Origin: Chitinophagaceae bacterium
Lineage (GTDB): Bacteria; Bacteroidota; Bacteroidia; Chitinophagales; UBA10324
Reading direction: 5' to 3'
Assembly: GCA_947474435.1 (NCBI GenBank)
Contig: CANJII010000002.1
Span: forward strand, 34,202-98,201
Length of the DNA stretch: 64,000 nt
Part shown: in pieces, positions 57,005 to 64,000 of the stretch
How positions within the stretch are numbered: position 1 is the first letter of the stretch
How the letters are laid out: each line of letters opens with the position of its first letter
The notes under the pieces: generated by a model
What the model was told of the DNA's origin: nothing
Databases searched by the model: none
Seen by the model: the letters and a program-made list of their open reading frames with translations, nothing else
Translations under genes and position numbers: made by a program

Positions 57005-57697
57005 TTAAAAAATATGCAACGCAACCAAAAAGAAAAACATAATAATAAAAACTGCAGGAGCAATTGGGTTGCGGAGTTTTGCTTTTGCATTGTTAAAATA
57101 TAATAACATTAAAAAAGAAAATAAAAACCATGCTGCGTAATTCTGCAGTGGAACCGGATTAATATGCGCCAAAGGATCTTTTTTAGTTAGCCAAAACCAC
57201 ATCTCGTATTTTTTTGCTATTGGCTCAAGTACTATGTCATACAATGTTAACATTGAAGCACCTAACAGTGATTTTTGCACGATTGTAAAAGCGAGATTTT
57301 TTAATAAAATTCCTATACAATAAATAAGTATCAGCCAGTAAACGCCAACCAATAAAGGAGTATTAAACAATTGAGGGCCTAAAGAACTTTTGGAATAAGT
57401 AAACGGTCCAAATGGATATCCTCCGCTAAAAACACTATTTGAAAAGTAAACAGTATTTACTCCTATTGCCTGTATTATAAATCCTGCACAAAATGTAAAA
57501 AAAATAAAAAGAATGTTCTTTATATTCCAATGCTGTTGATAGTAAAACAGAAATACAAAACTCAAACAAATAACAGCGGCCATATAAGGAAAATAAAAAT
57601 CCATAGCTGCTACTGACTTTAAACCCCAAACTGATATGATGTGAAGAACTGCTAAAGCCGCAATACCGTTAATTAATTTATCTTTTGATTTATCCAT
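57005..57697 (-). CDS. Polytopic membrane protein, possibly DUF422 (carotenoid biosynthesis-associated) family
   Basis: 230 aa with about 7 TM helices. GGYPFGPFTYS..LGPQL.NTPLLVGVYW resembles the DUF422 core. Confidence 0.45.
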   Translation of the reverse strand: MDKSKDKLINGIAALAVLHIISVWGLKSVAAMDFYFPYMAAVICLSFVFLFYYQQHWNIKNILFIFFTFCAGFIIQAIGVNTVYFSNSVFSGGYPFGPFTYSKSSLGPQLFNTPLLVGVYWLILIYCIGILLKNLAFTIVQKSLLGASMLTLYDIVLEPIAKKYEMWFWLTKKDPLAHINPVPLQNYAAWFLFSFLMLLYFNNAKAKLRNPIAPAVFIIMFFFLVALHIF

Positions 57698-57892
57698 TTA
57701 ATTTCGTGTTACCCTTATCAATGATCACACGCCAAAGTAAATAAACATTGGCATTTGAAAGACTGAGACAAAAAATATTTTATTTACATTTCAAATACTG
57801 AATATTTTAGGATTTATGGTTGTTACATTTATTATTAATTTAATGGACTTAAAATTAAATCACACTCCGGAAATATTTTTGCAAACAATAAT

Positions 57893-57912
57893 TTAAACTG
57901 AATTCAGTTTAA
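57893..57912. promoter_or_regulatory. 20-bp perfect palindrome upstream of the L,D-transpeptidase gene (candidate operator)
   Basis: TTAAACTGAATTCAGTTTAA, checked base by base. It lies 33 bp upstream of ATG 57946. Confidence 0.3.
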
Positions 57913-57945
57913 GTTTACTTACTGAAATATTCGCCCTGCTGATTG

Positions 57946-59571
57946 ATGATTCGACTTACACATTTCATTATTTTATTTCCATTAATTCTATTTTCCTGTA
58001 AGCCTCAAGCTCCTAAAGAAACTGATGTGGTAAAAAACCCTGTTCATCTTCGACATGCAATTACAGAAAACATAAAAGATCGTGTAAAATTTTTGCATAC
58101 TACTAATGAAGTAAATGAAGTTCTACCAAATGCGGAGGCGGTCTATTTATTTTACTATGAAAATAAATTTAAACCTGTTTGGTGCGATAGCAGTAGTTGG
58201 CTAAGCTATTCAGATTCACTTTTAAAAATATTATTTGATGCACCGGAAAAAGGAATTGACACACAATTTCTTCATCTGAATAAAATACTTTCACTTATCC
58301 TGCTTGCAAAAAACGATTCGCAAGCTACCAACGATGCTGCAATTTATGCGCACGCTGATGTTCTTATGACCGATGCCTATTTCAATTATGCAAACCGGCT
58401 TTGTTTCTCACAATATTCACCCGACAGCATTCGGTTGCGAAGTCAGAAACGATTTTCAGATTCAATGCTGTTGTTGCTTTTATTCAGAGGGGTTCATTCG
58501 GGTAATCTCACTCAAACTTTGTTGACTTTTGAACCAAAACTGAACCAATATTCCGACTTAAAAATTGCTTTAAAAAAATACCGGATGGATTATTTAAATG
58601 CTGAATTTTCAAAAGTTCCGGATACTCCTTCGGCTACATTATTATTTAAAACTTTATTGAAAATAAGGTTGCTCGAAAGTTGTGATTACGACAGCACGCT
58701 GCAAAAATCAGATTCTTTAAAACTTGCATTAGCCATAAAATCATTTCAGAAAAAACACGGATTGTTTGCCGATGGTGTGCCCGGTAAACGAACTTTGAAA
58801 GCCATGAATGTTTCTATTGCTCAACGAATCAATCAAATCAATCTGACCCTCGACCAATGGCGGGCCGAACCTGATACTTTCCCTTCAAGGTTTTTATTTG
58901 TCAACTTACCATCCTTTAATTTACAATTCTGGCAGAATGATACCCTTCGATTAGAATCGAAAATTATTTGTGGTTCACCCACTCATAATTCGCCGGTACT
59001 TAACTCCAAAATAAATTATTATGTACTTTATCCTTACTGGACTGTCCCTTTCAGTATTGCTACTAAAGAAATTCTCCCTCACTTAAAAAAAGACACTGCT
59101 TATTTAAGAAAACAAAACATGGAAGTATTGAATTCGCATCGCGAAGTTATCGATGCCACAAAAATCATTTGGAAAAAATATTCTAAAACCTACTTTCCTT
59201 TCATTCTCCGTCAGCGCGAAGGATTAGATAATTCATTGGGCGTTGTAAAATTTATTTTCCCGAGCAAGTATGGAATATATCTGCATGAAACAAATACGCG
59301 CACCCTGTTTAAAAAAGATTTCAGAGCTTTATCACATGGTTGTATTCGGGTAGAACAGGCTGTAAATCTTGCTTATCAGATTTCATATCCAGATTCTGTA
59401 AAATATCCTGCTGACAGTATTAAACATTGGTTAAGTACAAAAACTAAAAAGCAAATTAATCTGAGTACAAAAATTCCATTATTTATCCGATACAACCTTT
59501 GCGATATCAGAAACGGAGAAATTATTTTTTATGAAGACATATATAACTACTATACTGAAAACGCTAAATAA
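57946..59571 (+). CDS. L,D-transpeptidase family protein (YkuD domain plus PG-binding domain)
   Basis: It has a PG_binding_1-like segment (IKSFQKKHGLFADGVPGKRT) and a catalytic LHETN...SHGCIRV motif. The ORF track starts at TTG 57943. Confidence 0.85.
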   Translation: MIRLTHFIILFPLILFSCKPQAPKETDVVKNPVHLRHAITENIKDRVKFLHTTNEVNEVLPNAEAVYLFYYENKFKPVWCDSSSWLSYSDSLLKILFDAPEKGIDTQFLHLNKILSLILLAKNDSQATNDAAIYAHADVLMTDAYFNYANRLCFSQYSPDSIRLRSQKRFSDSMLLLLLFRGVHSGNLTQTLLTFEPKLNQYSDLKIALKKYRMDYLNAEFSKVPDTPSATLLFKTLLKIRLLESCDYDSTLQKSDSLKLALAIKSFQKKHGLFADGVPGKRTLKAMNVSIAQRINQINLTLDQWRAEPDTFPSRFLFVNLPSFNLQFWQNDTLRLESKIICGSPTHNSPVLNSKINYYVLYPYWTVPFSIATKEILPHLKKDTAYLRKQNMEVLNSHREVIDATKIIWKKYSKTYFPFILRQREGLDNSLGVVKFIFPSKYGIYLHETNTRTLFKKDFRALSHGCIRVEQAVNLAYQISYPDSVKYPADSIKHWLSTKTKKQINLSTKIPLFIRYNLCDIRNGEIIFYEDIYNYYTENAK

Positions 59572-59593
59572 TATTGTGGCTTTGTTAGCCAGA

Positions 59594-60406
59594 TCAGGCC
59601 TGAAAAGCAATTAACGGAACATCAGTATGATAAATCATTTGCCTGGTTAAGCTTCTGTCAAATAATTTTTTAAAGAATCCACGATGATGAGTCACCATTA
59701 CCAACGCATCTGTTTTCTGTAATCGAATGGCTTGTTCAATTCCTTCAACAATACTGCCGCTGAACTGGCGATAAAATGTTTTTACATTATACAATTTCGC
59801 ATCAGCCAATTCCTGAAACTGATTTAATTCCATCCGCTGTTTATCATCAGGATTAAAAGTGTGAACAACATGCACTTCGGCTCCAAAGTGTTTTAATAAT
59901 TCATTCAGTTTTTCAAGTGCTTGCAATTCTTCTTCATGCAATGCTGATGCAAAAATAATTTTATCAAATCCTCTGAACTGCGCATTCATTGGAATGGCAA
60001 TTACAGGTTTTTTTATTTTATCAATACAAGCAGCAGTGTTACTACCCATTATTACTCTTGTAATTCCTGATATTCCCGTTGTTCCCATCACTACATAATC
60101 AATATCAAAATCTTCTGTTGCCTGATTTATTGCATCTGCCGTAAAACCAAAACCCGAAGCAGTTTCAATGTGCAGATTTTCTTTCAGCAATAAATCATTT
60201 TTCAGATTTTCCAATCGGCCCATTACACTATCATGAATTGCATCAACAGAAATTTCAGGCAATGGCATATTTGGATCCATTACATGCAACTGGTAAGCAT
60301 GAAATAAAACAATACGCATATTGTTACGCTTTGCTATTTGTATTGCAAAATCAAGTGCATTCATTGAAGCATCAGAAAAATCAGTCGGAAAAAGTATACC
60401 TGCCAT
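59594..60406 (-). CDS. Universal stress protein (tandem UspA domains)
   Basis: The ORF is 59594..60445. I moved the start to ATG 60406 (MAGILFPTDFSDAS). It has two Usp units and a G..G.SG motif. Confidence 0.8.
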   Translation of the reverse strand: MAGILFPTDFSDASMNALDFAIQIAKRNNMRIVLFHAYQLHVMDPNMPLPEISVDAIHDSVMGRLENLKNDLLLKENLHIETASGFGFTADAINQATEDFDIDYVVMGTTGISGITRVIMGSNTAACIDKIKKPVIAIPMNAQFRGFDKIIFASALHEEELQALEKLNELLKHFGAEVHVVHTFNPDDKQRMELNQFQELADAKLYNVKTFYRQFSGSIVEGIEQAIRLQKTDALVMVTHHRGFFKKLFDRSLTRQMIYHTDVPLIAFQA

Positions 60407-60449
60407 ATTTTTTTGTTTTGATAAAGATAACATTATAATAAACAATTAC

Positions 60450-60469
60450 TCAATGACGATTGTCATTGA
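60450..60469. promoter_or_regulatory. 8-bp inverted repeat with 4-bp spacer upstream of usp (candidate regulator site)
   Basis: TCAATGAC-GATT-GTCATTGA, checked base by base. It lies 44 bp upstream of ATG 60406. Confidence 0.3.
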
Positions 60470-60837
60470 CCGATATTTATAGTTAAAAATGATTGTTGTT
60501 TGAGTTTATAATTTTATTTGATGCTTGAATTGAATCAACCTTTTTCTTAATATCAGCTTTTTCAAATTTGATGAGTTTAACTTTGTACTTACTGCTTATG
60601 AATTGTTTTTAAATTCAAATAAAACATAAGAGTAAAACCAAAATGAAATAAAAAAAACAGGAATGCGATGGAATATGAATTTGAAATAAATATAGTATTC
60701 AAGATTTTCTCAGCTTTGGTTGATTTTCAGACTATAAAAATATCTATTCGGTAATATTATTAATCGATTATTCAATGTGAAATTTTGAATGCGATTCTGT
60801 TACATTTGCCATTCTTAAAAAATAATCAAAACAAACA

Positions 60838-62880
60838 ATGCAAAAATTTTTAAAAGCCACTCTCCCCTTGCTGGCTATTGCCCTATTTTTTTTCGCCTGT
60901 GGTTCAGAAACAAAAACTGAAACAGCGAAGCCGGTTTTAATTGCCGCTGATTTTGACACAACCATGCATCCCGGTACTGATTTTTACCAGTATGTAAATG
61001 GCGGGTGGATGAAAAACAATCCGATACCTGGCGACGAAGCCCGCTGGGGTTCGTTCAGCGAAGTAGATAAACTCCGCTATGAAATATTGCACAAAATTTT
61101 AGACGATGCGTCAGCTGATACTAAGGCTGAGAAAGGAACCAACCGCCAAAAAGTGGGTGACTTTTATTTTACCGGAATGGATTCAGTAAACCTTAACAAG
61201 CAGGGAATTGAACCACTGAAAGAAGAATTAGCAATGATTGATGGTATAAAAGATATTAAAGGAATGATGAGTGTGATTGCACATGAAATGCGCAATGGCT
61301 CCGGTCCTTTATATGGTGTTTATGCAGGGCAGGATGATATGAATAGCAGTAAGATTGCTGTGTTTGTGGCACAAGGTGGAATTGGAATGCCTGAGAAAGA
61401 TTATTATTTCCGCAAAGACCCTAAGAGTGAAGAATTACGCAAACAATATGTGGCATTAATTGCTTCTGTATTAATGGAAACAGGTATTGATGCTGTTGCT
61501 GCGGAAGCCAAGGCAGCCAAGATTATGGCTTTTGAAACTTCGCTTGCAACTGCAAGCATGAGTCAGGTAGAAATGCGCGACCCGTATGCTACTTATCATA
61601 AAATGACTGTTGCTGATTTGCAAAAATTTAATCCATCGGTAGATTGGAAAGGTCACCTTGCTGAAATGGGAATTACGGTTGATACTATTATATGCGGTCA
61701 ACCTGATTTCTTTAAGTTGGTTGAAACACAAATGAAAAAAACTCCGCTTGATGTTTGGAAAGATTACTTAGTATGGAATGTAATTATTACAAATGCTCGC
61801 TACCTGAGTGATTCGTTAGCATTAAAGAGTTTTAATTTTTATGGAAAAGCATTGAACGGAACCAAGACCATGCAACCAAGATGGAAGCGTGTACTGAACA
61901 ACATTGACGGAAACATGGGTGAGGCATTGGGTGAAGAATATGTGAAAACAGCTTTTACTCCTGAAGCCAAGAAGCGCATGAACGAAATGATTGATAACAT
62001 GATTGGAACTTTTCGTGAGCGCATACAAGGTAGTGATTGGATGAACGACAGCACAAAAACAAAAGCCATAACCAAGTTAGATAAAATTACCCGCAAAATC
62101 GGATACCCTGATAAGTGGCGCGACTATTCTGCTTTAACTATTGATCGCAGTTCATATTGCGCAAATGTGTTGCGCTCTAATGAGTGGGGATGGAATTACA
62201 TGATAAACAAAATCGGTAAACCGGTTGACCGCACTGAGTGGGGAATGAGTCCGCAAACGGTGAATGCTTATTACAATCCTGCGAATAATGAAATTGTTTT
62301 TCCTGCCGGAATTTTACAACCACCCTTCTTTGATGCTAATGCAGATGATGCAATAAATTATGGTGGAATAGGTGCAGTTATCTGTCATGAAATAACTCAC
62401 GGTTTTGATGATCAGGGTTGCCAGTACGATGGTGATGGAAATTTAAAAATGTGGTGGAGTACTGATGATAAAGCAAACTTTGATGCGAAAGCAAAAAAAT
62501 TAGGCAATCAGTTTTTGCTTTACACATTGTTGGATTCCATGCATGTGAATCCTGATTTAACAATGGGTGAAAACATTGCTGACTTAGGTGGAGCCATGAT
62601 TGCTTATGCTGCATTCAAAAAAACCAAGGAAGGTCAGGATACCTCTAAGATGGAAGGTTACACTCCTGAACAGCGCTTCTTTATTTCATGGACCCGTGTT
62701 TGGAGAAACAATATTCGCCCTGATGCTTTGATATCAAGATTGAGAACCGATTACCACTCACCTGCTCAGGTTCGTGGTATTGCTCCGATTACCAACATGT
62801 CTGATTTCTTTACCGCATTCAATGTTAAAGCCGGTGATGCCATGTATCGCGATGATAGCTTGAGAGTTGCAATATGGTAA
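60838..62880 (+). CDS. M13 family metalloendopeptidase (PepO/neprilysin-like), lipoprotein
   Basis: 680 aa with lipobox FFACG. It has the HEITHGFD zinc motif plus NAYY and GENIADLGG motifs. Confidence 0.9.
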   Translation: MQKFLKATLPLLAIALFFFACGSETKTETAKPVLIAADFDTTMHPGTDFYQYVNGGWMKNNPIPGDEARWGSFSEVDKLRYEILHKILDDASADTKAEKGTNRQKVGDFYFTGMDSVNLNKQGIEPLKEELAMIDGIKDIKGMMSVIAHEMRNGSGPLYGVYAGQDDMNSSKIAVFVAQGGIGMPEKDYYFRKDPKSEELRKQYVALIASVLMETGIDAVAAEAKAAKIMAFETSLATASMSQVEMRDPYATYHKMTVADLQKFNPSVDWKGHLAEMGITVDTIICGQPDFFKLVETQMKKTPLDVWKDYLVWNVIITNARYLSDSLALKSFNFYGKALNGTKTMQPRWKRVLNNIDGNMGEALGEEYVKTAFTPEAKKRMNEMIDNMIGTFRERIQGSDWMNDSTKTKAITKLDKITRKIGYPDKWRDYSALTIDRSSYCANVLRSNEWGWNYMINKIGKPVDRTEWGMSPQTVNAYYNPANNEIVFPAGILQPPFFDANADDAINYGGIGAVICHEITHGFDDQGCQYDGDGNLKMWWSTDDKANFDAKAKKLGNQFLLYTLLDSMHVNPDLTMGENIADLGGAMIAYAAFKKTKEGQDTSKMEGYTPEQRFFISWTRVWRNNIRPDALISRLRTDYHSPAQVRGIAPITNMSDFFTAFNVKAGDAMYRDDSLRVAIW

Positions 62881-62904
62881 GATAGAAATTTTTTAAAAAA
62901 TTAT

Positions 62905-62938
62905 TAAACCGCCTTAGGAAACTTTGGCGGTTTTTTTT
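62905..62938 (+). terminator. Rho-independent terminator
   Basis: AAACCGCC pairs with GGCGGTTT and is followed by T8. Confidence 0.7.
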
Positions 62939-63050
62939 AAGATTCACTTCTTAAAATAATATTTCCGCATGTCGTTCTGAATATATTATAAATTGAAACA
63001 GCAAAATATTCCAGTTTTTTTTAAAAATTTGCCCTGTTTGTATAAGAACA

Positions 63051-64000
63051 CTAAACACCCTTAGGTATAGCAGCAATTAACCGCTTAGTATAATCACTTT
63101 TCGGGTGATAATAAATATCATCGGCTAAGCCCATCTCTTCTATTTTTCCTTTGTTCATCACAATCATTCGGTCGCTCATGAATTTCACCACCGATAAATC
63201 GTGAGAAATAAAAATGTAAGTGAAGCGGAAATCTTTTTGCAAATCTTTTAACAGGTTCAACACCTGCGCCTGAACCGATACATCCAATGCCGATACTGAT
63301 TCATCGCAAATAATAAAGCGCGGCTCTAATGCAAGCGCACGGGCAATACAAACCCGTTGCCGCTGCCCGCCTGAGAATTCGTGCGGATAACGATTGAAAT
63401 GTTCGGGTTTCATTTGCACCTTGCTTAACAGCTCCATCACTTTTGCTTTTCGGTTTTGGTTAGTGCTATGAAGATTGTGAACCTGCATAGGTTCCATTAT
63501 AGCATCGCCAATGGACATGCGTGGGTTGAGTGATGAATAAGGATCCTGAAAAATAATTTGCATGTTTTTTCGAAGCGGTCGCAATTGTTTTTCATCCAGC
63601 TTCGATAAATCATTTCCTTCAAATGAAATTGTTCCTGATGTTGGGCGTATGAGTTGGAGTATTGTTCTTCCTAAAGTTGTTTTTCCGCAACCACTCTCTC
63701 CCACCAATCCAAGAGTTTCTCCCGGATAAACATCAAATGAAATATCATCAACTGCCTTCACAAATTCTTTTGCACTGGAAAATAATCCTTTATGAACAGG
63801 ATACCACTTGCATACTCCATTTAATGAAAGTACAGGTGATAACTTTTGTTTTTCTTCCGATGCCTTTTTCCATTCATTTGGTTCCAATACTTTATATGAT
63901 TCAGGTTGAATCAATTTTTCTTTCCATCCACCTGCTGCATCTTCTTCCATAAAATCAGCAATCACCGGTAAACGATAAATCCTTTTATCCAAAGGTGGTC
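63051..64000 (-). CDS. ABC transporter ATP-binding protein (Opp/Dpp D/F type), 5'-truncated by the window edge
   Basis: It has Walker A (GESGCGKTT), signature (FSGGQRQR) and Walker B (FIICDE) motifs. The listed start is TTG and the frame stays open to 64000. The preceding linker suggests this is the second half of a fused double-ATPase protein. Confidence 0.85.
   Translation of the reverse strand, partial: PPLDKRIYRLPVIADFMEEDAAGGWKEKLIQPESYKVLEPNEWKKASEEKQKLSPVLSLNGVCKWYPVHKGLFSSAKEFVKAVDDISFDVYPGETLGLVGESGCGKTTLGRTILQLIRPTSGTISFEGNDLSKLDEKQLRPLRKNMQIIFQDPYSSLNPRMSIGDAIMEPMQVHNLHSTNQNRKAKVMELLSKVQMKPEHFNRYPHEFSGGQRQRVCIARALALEPRFIICDESVSALDVSVQAQVLNLLKDLQKDFRFTYIFISHDLSVVKFMSDRMIVMNKGKIEEMGLADDIYYHPKSDYTKRLIAAIPKGV

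Overview
This is a 64-kb chromosomal window from a low-GC member of the Bacteroidota. The phylum call rests on T9SS type A and type B C-terminal sorting domains, a PorP/SprF gene, a TonB protein, a WG-repeat protein and a histone-H1-like protein. I support about 55 protein genes, one tRNA, no rRNA and no CRISPR array.

The backbone is housekeeping: ahcY, valS, folB, maf, mazG, nfeD/floA, glutaryl-CoA dehydrogenase, an LKR-like saccharopine dehydrogenase, cyanophycin synthetase, an M13 peptidase, an L,D-transpeptidase, a UbiA prenyltransferase and two-component systems. There are also many secreted or T9SS-sorted proteins, including a 1857-aa PKD-repeat adhesin paired with PorP/SprF.

Four regions stand out:
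1. A 7.55-kb element (35001..42567) is integrated into the 3' end of tRNA-Arg(ACG) and bounded by an exact 16-bp direct repeat. It carries a tyrosine integrase, an excisionase-like HTH protein, a possible rolling-circle Rep and a lone small terminase, with no structural phage genes. I read it as a candidate phage satellite (PICI-like), a class poorly described in Bacteroidota.
2. A 1.78-kb unit (50621..52398) has two very AT-rich genes bracketed by imperfect, GC-rich 157-bp inverted repeats that contain a conserved GGTTTG motif array.
3. A tightly coupled four-gene operon (5145..8964) encodes a membrane polyferredoxin-TPR fusion, a monoheme cytochrome c, an outer-membrane barrel and a CxxCH lipoprotein. 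It could be a trans-envelope redox module.
4. A T9SS-sorted protein (9008..11056) has a lysyl-oxidase-like domain that appears to lack the copper-binding histidines.

All functional calls come from reading the translated ORFs and the DNA by eye. No database search was run.
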